Positions 1 through 9,592 of a stretch of 64,000 nucleotides of DNA are shown piece by piece. The notes under the pieces are model-generated. The model was not told the origin of the DNA, searched no databases, and saw only the letters and a list, made by a program, of their open reading frames with translations. The stretch's first letter is position 1. Every line of letters begins with the position of its first letter. The translations under genes were made by a program, and so were the position numbers. The stretch comes from an uncultured Gemmatimonadota bacterium (GTDB lineage: Bacteria > JAAXHH01): the NCBI GenBank assembly GCA_951812955.1, contig OX638340.1, positions 1,408,001 through 1,472,000 of the forward strand, in the 5' to 3' direction.

Positions 1-88
1 GTCGCGGCTGTTTGCCCACGGACAGGGAGTTACGCGGGGAGTCGCGGCTGTACACGCACAGAGCGCTACGTGGGGAGTCTTTCCCGGC

Positions 89-1102
89 TCACCGGGCTGT
101 CCCTCCGGCGGCGGAGGGCCCGAATGCCCGGATGTTGAACTGGATCGTCCGGTCGCCCGGATCGGACGAGAGCGCGCTCCGGTAGGCGTCCGCGGCATCC
201 GACAGCCGGCCTGACCGTTCATACGCGACCGCCAGGTTGTTCCAGGCCGCCGCGTCGTTCGGGTCCGCGTCCACGACGCCTTCCCAGATCGCCACCGCCC
301 GGGACCAGTGCCCTTCTATTGCCGCCGAGACTGCCCGGCGGTCACCTGCAAAAACCAGTCGCCGCGTCACCTGGACCTGTTCCGGGACCAGGGCCGCCAT
401 CAGGCGGTCCACGATGCGCCTGGACAGGACCTCGGCCAGCACCGGCGAGACGATCTCGACGGAGACCGCCCCCTCCGGCGGCGATTCAACGGGATCGGGC
501 AGCACCGTGCGGTAGGATTCGGATTCCGTAATGGAATAACGGCCGATCAGTTCGTTCGATCCGACCTTGTAGGCCCTGAGCGTAACCGTCATGACCGCCG
601 TCTGATCGATATGCGGCAGGATGTAGGACTTGTTGAGAAACCGGACATCGCTTCGGCCCGGTCCCACCCCGATGGCCTCCTCCTCCCGAAAGACTTTGAC
701 CTCCCCGTATTCTTCCGTGTAGGTCCTTTCGAGATCGCCGACGAGTGTGATGTCGGCGTTGATTTCCCTTCCGACGAGCAGCGCGAGAGAATCGGAGACC
801 TGTCCGGCGTCGTGCGGATGGCGTGACAGCGTCCGAAGCACCGGTCTCATTTCAATGGCCGACAGCGTGGAATCCGACACGAGGGCACGGGCGAACAGGA
901 ACCCGGCCAGATTGTTGAGGGCCAGATCGGTACCGTTGAAACCCAGGAGGGCAATCGTCCCTTCTCCGCCGGGGAGACCAAGCAGGGGCGACCGGTAAAC
1001 GTCAAACCGGACGGAGAGCGAAGAAGCGGCGCATCCGGGAAGATGCGACAGGGTTGCCGCGGCCAGGAGCGACAGGACCGTCCTGTAGTATGAAGCGGTC
1101 AT
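89..1102 (-). CDS. hypothetical lipoprotein with C-terminal TPR-like repeats
   Basis: ORF 89..1141. Internal Met followed by a signal peptide with LPGC lipobox (MTASYYRTVLSLLAAATLSHLPGC). C-terminus AAWNNLAVAYERSGRLSDAADAYRSAL is TPR-like. Confidence 0.5.
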   Translation of the reverse strand: MTASYYRTVLSLLAAATLSHLPGCAASSLSVRFDVYRSPLLGLPGGEGTIALLGFNGTDLALNNLAGFLFARALVSDSTLSAIEMRPVLRTLSRHPHDAGQVSDSLALLVGREINADITLVGDLERTYTEEYGEVKVFREEEAIGVGPGRSDVRFLNKSYILPHIDQTAVMTVTLRAYKVGSNELIGRYSITESESYRTVLPDPVESPPEGAVSVEIVSPVLAEVLSRRIVDRLMAALVPEQVQVTRRLVFAGDRRAVSAAIEGHWSRAVAIWEGVVDADPNDAAAWNNLAVAYERSGRLSDAADAYRSALSSDPGDRTIQFNIRAFGPSAAGGTAR

Positions 1103-1279
1103 GGTCCTGAATAGGTACGCCTTTTTCTCTCGGTGTGTCAAGCCGATTTAAGGCGTGCGCGTACGGCCAAGCCGACGTACAGGTACGCGCGTTGGAACCC
1201 CCCGAAAGAGGTTGACAATCCGGCCGTCCCCCGTTAATCTGTCCATGACCAGAAACCTTGACAGAACGGGTTATCGTAT

Positions 1280-1774
1280 ATGTCCTCCACACCGAAACCA
1301 CCCGGTACCGACGTACCCCCTGGGAAACCACGAAAGTCGCCCGGCAAGACGCGGCCCGACCCTGTTCGCCGCCGCCGATTCCTGCGTAAATGCCTCGGCG
1401 CACTGGGCGGTGTCGGTTTTCTGATGGCTGTCTATCCGCTCATCCGGTACATCGAACCGCCCCCCGAAGCCGAGGGCGCCAACCGGGTCGAAATCGACAA
1501 GGCCTCCCTTCCCCCAGGCACGTCCAGGACAGTGATCTACCGGGGCCGGCCGACCATCGTGGTCAACACGTCCGATGGTTACATCGCCTACAACGCCGTA
1601 TGCCCCCACCTGGGTTGCGTCGTCAAGTGGGAGGGCGGAACGCAAAGCCTGATCTGTCCCTGTCACGGCGGTAAGTTCGGCACGGACGGCAGCGTCCAGG
1701 GCGGGCCGATTCCCGGTCCCCTGACCGCTGTCGAACTGTCCGTCAGCGACGACAAGATCATCATCGGGGCGTAA
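1280..1774 (+). CDS. Rieske [2Fe-2S] iron-sulfur subunit of a cytochrome bc-type complex
   Basis: Twin-arginine signal RRRFLRKCLGALGG. Rieske boxes CPHLGC and CPCHGG. Confidence 0.9.
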   Translation: MSSTPKPPGTDVPPGKPRKSPGKTRPDPVRRRRFLRKCLGALGGVGFLMAVYPLIRYIEPPPEAEGANRVEIDKASLPPGTSRTVIYRGRPTIVVNTSDGYIAYNAVCPHLGCVVKWEGGTQSLICPCHGGKFGTDGSVQGGPIPGPLTAVELSVSDDKIIIGA

Positions 1775-1819
1775 CCGTACCCGGGAAGTTCTTACTACGC
1801 GGAGCACAAACCTGTCACC

Positions 1820-3019
1820 ATGATAAGACGCCTGTCCAACGCGTTGTACCACTGGCTCGACGACCGCGTGGAAATATCTATCGTCATCGATTTCTGCCAC
1901 CGCCAGTTGACCAAGCCCGTGCCCCGCCATCTCAACTGGCTTTTTTCCTTCGGGACGGTCACCCTCGCCTTCTTTCTGTCCCAGGCCGTCTCGGGCGTCT
2001 TCCTGATGATCTATTACGAGGCCTCCGCCGATACGGCCTACGAAAGCGTCAGATACATCATGGAGCAAGTCCGCTTCGGCTGGCTCATGCGACAGGTGCA
2101 TTCCTACGGCGCCAACTTCATGATCGCCTTCCTGCTGCTGCACTCGGTCCGTGTTTTCTTCTACGGTGGATACAAGAAACCCAGGGAGCTTACCTGGCTC
2201 TTCGGATTCGCCCTGCTGTGCGTGACCCTGGCCTTCGGTTTTACGGGTTATCTCCTTCCCTGGGACCAGTTGTCCTACTGGGGCACCACCGTGGGTACGG
2301 AGATTGCCGCCGCGACCCCGGTCATCGGGGAGTATCTCCTGATCCTCATGCGGGGCGGCGAGATCATCTCCGACGTGACGCTCACCCGATTCTTCATGGC
2401 ACACGTGGTTCTGCTGCCCTGGGTATTCATCGGACTGGTAGCCGTACACCTGGTCCTCATCCGGTACAAGGGCATTTCGCCTCTGGAGGGCACCGACGTG
2501 CCGGAGAAGACGCCGGAAGAATTGAAGAAAGCCGGAGGCAAGCCTTTCTACCCCCAGCACGTGATGAAAGAAGCCATCGTGGTATTGCTCGTGCTTGCAT
2601 CGATGATATTCATGATCATCTACTACCCCCTGCCGCTGCACGAAAAGGCCGATCCCTTCAACACGCCCGTCGGGGTCAGGCCTGAATGGTATTTTCTCTC
2701 CTCGTACCAGGCATTGAAATACCTCCCGAAAACCATCGGCATCATCGGATCCGGCCTGGTCGTCCTGGCCATCTGCCTCCTGCCCTTCTGGGACAGGACG
2801 CCCGCCCGCAGACCGTCCCGCCGCCCGGTCGCCACCTCTCTCGGCATCATGTTCATCGTACTGAACATCGTTCTCGCGCTGCTCGGGAAGATCTCCGAAA
2901 CGGAAATGACCATCATGGGCACGAGGTATCATTTCGATATCTATGGCTGGCCCCATGCCATCGCGACGGTCGAGGAACCGGCGGCCGAACCGGACACGGG
3001 CGACGGGGGGACCGAATGA
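1820..3019 (+). CDS. cytochrome b (b6/subunit IV-like fused, 399 aa)
   Basis: Conserved cytochrome b signatures (YGANFMIAFLLLHSVRVFFYGGYKKPRELTWLFG; PEWYFL). Multiple TM helices. Stop overlaps the next start (ATGA). Confidence 0.9.
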   Translation: MIRRLSNALYHWLDDRVEISIVIDFCHRQLTKPVPRHLNWLFSFGTVTLAFFLSQAVSGVFLMIYYEASADTAYESVRYIMEQVRFGWLMRQVHSYGANFMIAFLLLHSVRVFFYGGYKKPRELTWLFGFALLCVTLAFGFTGYLLPWDQLSYWGTTVGTEIAAATPVIGEYLLILMRGGEIISDVTLTRFFMAHVVLLPWVFIGLVAVHLVLIRYKGISPLEGTDVPEKTPEELKKAGGKPFYPQHVMKEAIVVLLVLASMIFMIIYYPLPLHEKADPFNTPVGVRPEWYFLSSYQALKYLPKTIGIIGSGLVVLAICLLPFWDRTPARRPSRRPVATSLGIMFIVLNIVLALLGKISETEMTIMGTRYHFDIYGWPHAIATVEEPAAEPDTGDGGTE

Positions 3020-3906
3020 GCGAGCTGACTCACGCCGGGTATCGACCCGGTGCCGGCGCGTGGAATGCCCTGTCGGCCCGGACGGCGGAATACACTGCGC
3101 GGTCGGCCGTCATCCTGCTGCTGTTACTCGTCTGGACGCCTGCCGGTTCAGCAACGGCGCAACAGGCCGTGACGACGAACACCTGCGTCAGTTGTCACGC
3201 CGACCTGGACGATGAGGACATGAGCCTGCCTGTGGCCGAATGGCAGCGGAGCGCGCACCGCCCCGCGGACATCGCCTGCCAGGACTGCCACGGCGGGAAT
3301 CCCGCCTCAATGGTGGAGGACGAAGCGCACGACGTCGAAAGAGATTTCGTGGGCCTGCCCGACCCCTATGTCGTTCATGAACTGTGCGGCGAGTGCCACC
3401 AGGTCCAGATGGAAAACTACGTGCCCAGTCCTCATGGCCTGGAGGGTGACTTCTGGCCCAACTGCGTCGACTGTCACGAGAACCATGAAGTCGTCTTCCC
3501 ACGGGCCTCGCTGATATCCATACCCGACAACTGCGAAGACTGTCACGAACAGGAAATCATGGACGACTTCATCGCCCTTACCGACCGGGGCCTTGAACCC
3601 GTTAACGAATTCCGGCGGGCGGCGGAGGAGATCCGTTCGGCGGGCGTACCGGTCGACCTGATCCTGGCCCAGGCGTCCCTGGCGCGGGATGCATACATCC
3701 AGCAGGCCTCTCACGTATTCGTTCTCGATAAAATGACCGCCGTCGTCGATTCGCTCGAACAAGTCTATCCGCGCATACAAAAGGAAGTGAATACCGCACG
3801 CACCGAAGTCGATACCCGGCGCAGATTCGGTTGGATGTTCATCGGCCTGTTCCTCGTGCTGGCGGGCGTTATCTGGCTGTACCGCCGGGCGCTTCCGGAA
3901 GACTGA
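3016..3906 (+). CDS. membrane-anchored pentaheme c-type cytochrome
   Basis: Five CXXCH motifs (CVSCH, CQDCH, CGECH, CVDCH, CEDCH). N-terminal signal and C-terminal TM helix. ATG at 3016 overlaps the cyt b stop; the track ORF 2686 is an upstream extension in the same frame. Confidence 0.8.
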   Translation: MSELTHAGYRPGAGAWNALSARTAEYTARSAVILLLLLVWTPAGSATAQQAVTTNTCVSCHADLDDEDMSLPVAEWQRSAHRPADIACQDCHGGNPASMVEDEAHDVERDFVGLPDPYVVHELCGECHQVQMENYVPSPHGLEGDFWPNCVDCHENHEVVFPRASLISIPDNCEDCHEQEIMDDFIALTDRGLEPVNEFRRAAEEIRSAGVPVDLILAQASLARDAYIQQASHVFVLDKMTAVVDSLEQVYPRIQKEVNTARTEVDTRRRFGWMFIGLFLVLAGVIWLYRRALPED

Positions 3907-4070
3907 ACCGATTGAATTCCTCAGCCGGCCAGGGTGTCTCTGTAGCGTCGGCCTTCGCTACCTGAGCGCCTGCGCACCCACTAACAGGGGTGCCCGGCCT
4001 GTGCACTGGCCGGGGTACCGACGCACCCACTGACCTGAGCGCCTACGCACCCACTAACCGGGGGCAGACC

Positions 4071-6737
4071 ATGCAAACGCGTCTGATTCTGTGTATCCCG
4101 ATCGCCTTACTTTTGCTCGCAGTTTCTGCCACCCGCGGCGCTGCCGGACCCATCCGGCCCGTGCCCGACGGCAAGGGAACGGCCACGCTGGCGCAGTCGG
4201 TCCTCCGCCTGCCGGTCGTCGCCAGCATGCTGCACACCGGCGCCCATCCCGATGACGAGAACAGCGCCCTGGTCGCCTATGTCAGCCGCGGGCTGCATGC
4301 CCGAACTGCCTACCTTTCGCTCAATCGCGGTGAAGGTGGCCAGAACCTGATCGGACCCGAACTGTACGACGCCATCGGCGTGATCCGGTCAGAAGAACTG
4401 TTGAGCGCTCGCCGTTTCGACGGGGCGGAACAGTTTTTCACCCGGGCATACGATTTCGGGTTCTCAAAGTCCGCCGAGGAAACCCTGGACTACTGGAACG
4501 GGGATGAAATGCTCCTGTCGGACGTGGTGCGCGTCATACGCCGTTTTCGTCCCGACGTGATCGTATCCGTCTTCGCCGATTCGCCCCGCGACGGCCACGG
4601 CCATCACCAGGCATCGGGGAGAATCACACGGGAAGCATTCCACGCCGCGGCCGACCCGGATCGATTCCCGGTACAACTGCGGGAAGGATTGCGTCCCTGG
4701 CAGGCGCGAAAGCTGTATATCAACAACACCCGGGCGTCCTTCGACAGCATCGATTCCCTCGTAGTCGACGTGGGAACCTACAGCCCCGTGCTTGATCGAT
4801 CGTACCGCGAACTCGGTCTGGCGGGCCGCAGCATGCACCGCTCCCAGGACATGGGGACCCTGCAGCCCAAGGGCCCGGCGACCTCCATGATCAAGCTGGT
4901 GGCGCGCGCGGGCATGGCGGATGCGGACGGAGACGCCCACCTGTTCGATGGCCTCGACACGACGTTCATGAGGCTCTATGCCATGGCCGGTCCGGATGCC
5001 GGAAAGGTACCTGGATTCACCGGTCGGCTCGGCCGCCTGGACGCGCTGGCCCGCGAGGCCGTGGACGCGTACCGTCCGCTGGAGCCGCTCGCCCTGCTGG
5101 ATCCCGTGCTGGAAGGCCTTCGGACCATCAGGACGCTTCGGGAAGATCTTGTGGAGAGTGCTCCACCGGCCGGCGTGCTAGACGACCTCCTGTTTCTTCT
5201 CGATCGGAAGGAACAGGACTTCTCCGATGTCGCGGTCCTCGCCCTCGGCATGGCATTCGAAGTGCTGACCGGCGACGACCGGGTGGTTCCGGGCGATACG
5301 CTCGGAGTGAGCCTGGCGTTGCTGAACCGCAGCACGAAGCCCGTCCGGGTCACTCGCATCGGACTGGACGTCCCGGATGGATGGACCGCGGAATCCGGTC
5401 CGGTTTCGGCCGAACCGGGGACGGACATCGGCTACAATGAAAGCCTTAAGGGGGATTGGCGGGTTTTCGTTCCTCCCGACGCCCGTCTCACCCGGCCCTA
5501 CTGGCATCGCCGCTCCCTGAACGACCGGCGGGTCGTGGTTGACGACACGGTGTTGATCGGGCTCCCCTGGCGTCCGCAGCCCGTGACTGGACGGGCAAAT
5601 GTGCTCGTGGACGGCGTAGAGATCGAAATCCGCCAACCTGCCCAGTACCGCTATGCCGACCGGGCCTTCGGTGAGATCCGGCGAGAACTGAAGGTGGTTC
5701 CCGCGCTGACGGTCGCCCTGGAACCTCGGATCGTGGTCGCCGGGGCCGGACAGGAGAGTTCTCTGCGCTTCAGTGTATCCGTGATCAGCAACGAAAACGG
5801 CGGGGTCTCCGGCGGGCTGTCACTCGAGGTACCCAAAGGCTGGGAAGTCACGCCCCGGGAATCGGCCTTGTCGTTCTCCGGGAAGGGACAGACCGCGACG
5901 TTCAACTTCAGGATACTCCCTGCCGGCGACGCGCCGGAGGGCGCTCACGAGGTACGGGCGGTGGCAAGGGCCGGCGGGAACGAGTATCGAGAGGGATACG
6001 ATGTAATAGCCTATCCCCATACCGAACCCAGGCACCTGTACCGCCAGGCGGCGTCCACCGTACAGGTCACCCCGGTCAGGCTGACGGAAGGGCTGAAGGT
6101 TGGCTACATCATGGGCTCCGGCGACCAGGTGCCGATCGTGCTGGAGCAGATGGGCGTGCAGGTGCGACTGCTGAACCGGGAGGATCTCTCAGCGACGGAT
6201 CTGGGGGCCTACGACCTGATCATCGCCGGGATCCGCGCCTACGAAGTCCGGCCGGATCTCGTCGCCGTAAACCGGCGCCTGCTGGATTACGTGGAGGCCG
6301 GGGGCGTCTATATCGTCCAGTACAACAAATACGCCTTCAACCGGAACCAGTACGGCCCATATCCATTCCGGATAAACCGTCCCCACGACCGGGTCACACG
6401 GGAAGACGCGCCGGTAAACATCCTGGTACCGGATCATCCCGTTTTTAACTGGCCCAACCGGATAACTGAAGTGGATTTCGAGGGATGGGTGCAGGAACGC
6501 GGCCTGTATTTCCTGGGAGAATGGGATCCCCGTTACAAGCCGCTCATGGCTTCGCAGGACCCGGGAGAGACGCCCAGGGCCGGCGGTCTCGTCGAAGCCC
6601 GCTACGGCAAGGGACGCTATATCTACACAGGTTACGCCTGGTTCCGCCAATTGCCCGCGGGCGTTCCCGGAGCGGTGAGACTGTTTGCCAACCTGATCAG
6701 CCTGGCGAAGCCGACCGCCGAAAACGGGAACCCGTAA
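4071..6737 (+). CDS. large secreted PIG-L/LmbE-family deacetylase with C-terminal ThuA/class-I-GATase-like domain
   Basis: Signal peptide MQTRLILCIPIALLLLAVSA. LmbE motif HTGAHPDDENSALV. C-terminal LKVGYIMGSGDQVPIV...YDLIIAGIRAY resembles a ThuA-like fold. Confidence 0.65.
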   Translation: MQTRLILCIPIALLLLAVSATRGAAGPIRPVPDGKGTATLAQSVLRLPVVASMLHTGAHPDDENSALVAYVSRGLHARTAYLSLNRGEGGQNLIGPELYDAIGVIRSEELLSARRFDGAEQFFTRAYDFGFSKSAEETLDYWNGDEMLLSDVVRVIRRFRPDVIVSVFADSPRDGHGHHQASGRITREAFHAAADPDRFPVQLREGLRPWQARKLYINNTRASFDSIDSLVVDVGTYSPVLDRSYRELGLAGRSMHRSQDMGTLQPKGPATSMIKLVARAGMADADGDAHLFDGLDTTFMRLYAMAGPDAGKVPGFTGRLGRLDALAREAVDAYRPLEPLALLDPVLEGLRTIRTLREDLVESAPPAGVLDDLLFLLDRKEQDFSDVAVLALGMAFEVLTGDDRVVPGDTLGVSLALLNRSTKPVRVTRIGLDVPDGWTAESGPVSAEPGTDIGYNESLKGDWRVFVPPDARLTRPYWHRRSLNDRRVVVDDTVLIGLPWRPQPVTGRANVLVDGVEIEIRQPAQYRYADRAFGEIRRELKVVPALTVALEPRIVVAGAGQESSLRFSVSVISNENGGVSGGLSLEVPKGWEVTPRESALSFSGKGQTATFNFRILPAGDAPEGAHEVRAVARAGGNEYREGYDVIAYPHTEPRHLYRQAASTVQVTPVRLTEGLKVGYIMGSGDQVPIVLEQMGVQVRLLNREDLSATDLGAYDLIIAGIRAYEVRPDLVAVNRRLLDYVEAGGVYIVQYNKYAFNRNQYGPYPFRINRPHDRVTREDAPVNILVPDHPVFNWPNRITEVDFEGWVQERGLYFLGEWDPRYKPLMASQDPGETPRAGGLVEARYGKGRYIYTGYAWFRQLPAGVPGAVRLFANLISLAKPTAENGNP

Positions 6738-6746
6738 GCCGTTTTG

Positions 6747-7691
6747 CTAGATGGGTATCTCGGTGCGCCATTCGGGAAAGCGGTCGTCGTTCCCCCGGAT
6801 GAGATCGTTGTAGGCAACGCGGAACTGCTGCGTAGCCGGACCGATGGAACCGTTCCCGATGTCGTAGTTGTCGATCGAAGCCACCGGCGTAACCTCTGCG
6901 CCGGTACCGCACAGAAACACCTCGTCTGCCGTATAAAGCTCCGTACGGTCGACTTCTCTTTCCACGACCGGCATCTCGAGGATGTCACGCCCGATCTTCA
7001 AAATCGTATCCCGGGTGACGCTCACCAGGATATCGGCCGTGACCGGCGGGGTGATTAGGACGCCGTCCTGGATCATCACCAGGCAGGCCCCCGGCGCCTC
7101 GCAGACCTTGCCGCGGTTGTTTAGCATGATCGCTTCGTCGAAACCCTTGAGCGTGGCGTCCGTCCACGCGATGGCGCTGTTGCGGTAGTTGGCCCAGCAC
7201 TTGATGCGGGCCGGGAGCGTATTGTCCGAAATACGCGTCCAGGAACTTACCGAACACCGGGCGCCGTCTTTTCTGCGCAGGTTGGAACTGTAGGGAAAGG
7301 TGTGGACGTAGACGTGGGCCGGACCCGCCATCTTGTTGAGATATACGTCGGGGGAGAAATACACGGTCGGGAATATGTAGACGTCCTCCCGGTAACCGTG
7401 GACCCGGCATAGCTCGAGGGAGCCGTTCCAGACTTCCTCCAGCGTGTACGGCGTTTCCATCCGCATCAGCTTGATCGACCGGTACAGGCGTTTCAGATGA
7501 TCTTCGAATCGGAAGACGAAGAGTTTCTCGCGGTCGTCGTTCCAGTAGGCCCGAATTCCCTCGAAGATAGCGTGAGCGAAAATGTGACCCTGCGTGACGT
7601 GCACCGTACCCTGGTCCCACGGGATCTGCTCCCCATCCAACCAGATGTACTTCGAATGTTCCTCACCCCACATCGTCTTCTTCGTGCCCAT
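6747..7691 (-). CDS. ilvE: branched-chain amino acid aminotransferase
   Basis: Class IV aminotransferase-like sequence across full length (…FEGIRAY…, …LNNRGKVCEAPGACL…). Confidence 0.85.
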   Translation of the reverse strand: MGTKKTMWGEEHSKYIWLDGEQIPWDQGTVHVTQGHIFAHAIFEGIRAYWNDDREKLFVFRFEDHLKRLYRSIKLMRMETPYTLEEVWNGSLELCRVHGYREDVYIFPTVYFSPDVYLNKMAGPAHVYVHTFPYSSNLRRKDGARCSVSSWTRISDNTLPARIKCWANYRNSAIAWTDATLKGFDEAIMLNNRGKVCEAPGACLVMIQDGVLITPPVTADILVSVTRDTILKIGRDILEMPVVEREVDRTELYTADEVFLCGTGAEVTPVASIDNYDIGNGSIGPATQQFRVAYNDLIRGNDDRFPEWRTEIPI

Positions 7692-7744
7692 GCCCGCGCT
7701 CCTTCAATTGGTTGATACGTGATTACCGGTCTATCGATACTTAC

Positions 7745-7905
7745 AGTCCGGGCGATTCCGTCTACGCCAGGTCCGGTTCCCGCCAGTCCGGGCAGTCCGG
7801 GCGATTCCGTCTACGCCAGGTCCGGTTCCCGCCAATCCGGGCGGTCCGGGCGGTCCGTCTACGCCAGGTCCGGTTCCCGCCAGTCCGGGCGGTCCGGGCG
7901 GTCCA
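7745..7905. repeat. ~49-bp tandem direct repeat, ~3.2 copies (gtccgggcgattccgtctacgccaggtccggttcccgccagtccgggc)
   Basis: Direct reading: copies begin at 7745, 7794, 7843 and a partial at 7891. Third copy carries a small internal deletion. Confidence 0.9.
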
Positions 7906-8167
7906 GGACATCGTCCCTCTGCAGCTCCTCCAGACGCGCGCGCCATTCGTATGCTTCCCGACTGAGTACCTCCACCCTGCGGCACGACATGCACCACTGG
8001 AGGAACAGCGGTTCGCCATCCCTCGAAACCGTGCGTATCGCTACCCAGAACTCCACGCCGTGCGGACAGCCCGCCTGGGTCCGCTGGAACTCGGGCAGGA
8101 TGTGATGGACCTTGTCTTCCGCCGGCGTCAGGCCGACAATGGTTTCTTCATAGGGCCTGATGGGCAT
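7859..8167 (-). CDS. small hypothetical Cys-containing protein (possible zinc ribbon); 3' end runs into the tandem repeat
   Basis: ORF of 102 aa with CPHG...CMSCRR. No recognised family. C-terminal residues are encoded by repeat DNA. Confidence 0.3.
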   Translation of the reverse strand: MPIRPYEETIVGLTPAEDKVHHILPEFQRTQAGCPHGVEFWVAIRTVSRDGEPLFLQWCMSCRRVEVLSREAYEWRARLEELQRDDVLDRPDRPDWREPDLA

Positions 8168-8481
8168 ACTTTGCGATCCTGGCGAGAGACGAAGCGAACC
8201 TGGTAAGAGATCAGAAAACAGACTTGAAATCCAGTGTACTTAATAGACCGAACCCGCGTTCGTGTCAAGAGATATCCCATGAGGACCAACGGTCCCGTTC
8301 CGTGACGCATAGCACACTTTCGAGGTCTCGCTAAACCGTGGAACGACTCCGCTGCGCAACGCTTCGCCCGGCGCCGGTACCACCGGATTCGTCTTGACCG
8401 TTCGCGCCGTGCCGGGTTATTCTAACCGGCGTAAGCAAGTCCCTCTCCGTGCTTATTCAAAAATGAAATACAGGAGTGACT

Positions 8482-9450
8482 ATGGTCCACCATTTCGAAC
8501 CTACCCGATATTACACCAACATGGGTACCCATGAACCCGTCCTGCGCGTGAAGGACGGGGATACCGTCGTCACGTCGACGGTCGACGCCAGGGGAAAGGA
8601 CCGCACCGACACGCCCGTGACGCCCCCCGGCAACCCACAGACGGGACCCTTTCACGTCGACGGCGCCGAACCCGGGGACACGCTCGCCGTGCACCTGGAC
8701 ATGCTGACGCCCAACCGCCGATTCGGCTGGACGCGGCCTCTCGTGGCGCCTAATGTGCTCGATCCCGATTATGTGCGCGAGACCGCGGGGGAAATCGACA
8801 GCCGGGATGATTTGTGCCGCTGGGAAGTGGACCCGGACCATCGGACCGTCACGCTGGTCGAACCGGACGACACCCGACTCGGCCGGCTGGCCCTGCCCAT
8901 GGCGCCCATGACGGGATGCTTCGGCGTGGCACCGGATAAGGGACAGGCGATCTCAACCGCCACTTCCGCCAGCCACGGCGGCAATATGGACTACAGGGGA
9001 TTCGTGGAAGGCGTCACCGCCTATTTCCCCGTGTTTGCGTCCGGTGCGCTGTTTCACATCGGCGACGGCCACGCCGTGCAGGGAGACGGCGAGATCGTCG
9101 GCACCGGTGTCGAGATCTCCTTCGACGTACAGTTCACCTTCCGGGTGTTAAAGGGCAAGCGAAGCGCCTGGCCCCGCGGCGAAAATGCGGAGTACCTATT
9201 CACGGCGGGCAACGCCCGGCCCCTCGACCAGTGCGTTCAGCACGCGACCACCGAAATGTTGCGGTGGCTGCAGGCCGACTACGGCCTCGACCCCCGGGCC
9301 GCCCACACGCTGCTCGGTCAATGCGTCGAGTACGACATGGGCAACGTCTTCGATCCGGCATATACCATGGTGTGCAAGATCAGGAAAGACCTGCTCCGCG
9401 GACTGGGAATCGACACCCGGTCGGTGCATGACGAACTGGCGGGGACCTGA
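8482..9450 (+). CDS. acetamidase/formamidase family amidohydrolase
   Basis: FmdA/AmdA-like sequence. ATG at 8482 preceded by caggagtg. Confidence 0.8.
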   Translation: MVHHFEPTRYYTNMGTHEPVLRVKDGDTVVTSTVDARGKDRTDTPVTPPGNPQTGPFHVDGAEPGDTLAVHLDMLTPNRRFGWTRPLVAPNVLDPDYVRETAGEIDSRDDLCRWEVDPDHRTVTLVEPDDTRLGRLALPMAPMTGCFGVAPDKGQAISTATSASHGGNMDYRGFVEGVTAYFPVFASGALFHIGDGHAVQGDGEIVGTGVEISFDVQFTFRVLKGKRSAWPRGENAEYLFTAGNARPLDQCVQHATTEMLRWLQADYGLDPRAAHTLLGQCVEYDMGNVFDPAYTMVCKIRKDLLRGLGIDTRSVHDELAGT

Positions 9451-9592
9451 TCGACAGAAACACAATGGACCTGACTGGCAGATTCGAAGGAGTCCTGGCC
9501 GGCAGGTACAAAAGAAGCCGGCAGGCAGGCACAAGAGATACCTGACCGGCAGGCACAATGGGCATTCCAAATCATACAGAACGGAGCTTGTC

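Noticed and set aside
1271-2956. 561-aa ORF antisense to the Rieske/cyt b genes
   Set aside because: Low-complexity Gly/Arg/Asp-rich translation typical of the antisense frame of high-GC coding DNA. The sense-strand genes have unambiguous motifs.
2686-3015. N-terminal 110-codon extension of the multiheme cytochrome ORF
   Set aside because: Overlaps cytochrome b in another frame and is Arg/His/Pro-rich. ATG at 3016 with ATGA overlap is the plausible start.
7745-7905. Considered whether the 49-bp repeats or the 18-bp repeats at 10437-10545 are a CRISPR array
   Set aside because: Copies are directly abutting with no unique spacers, and no cas genes are nearby. They are simple tandem repeats.
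9185-9592. Upstream extension of the SDR gene (track ORF 9185..10342)
   Set aside because: Extension overlaps the formamidase 3' end and is Pro/Ser/Thr/Arg-rich. SDR domain begins at the internal ATG 9593.
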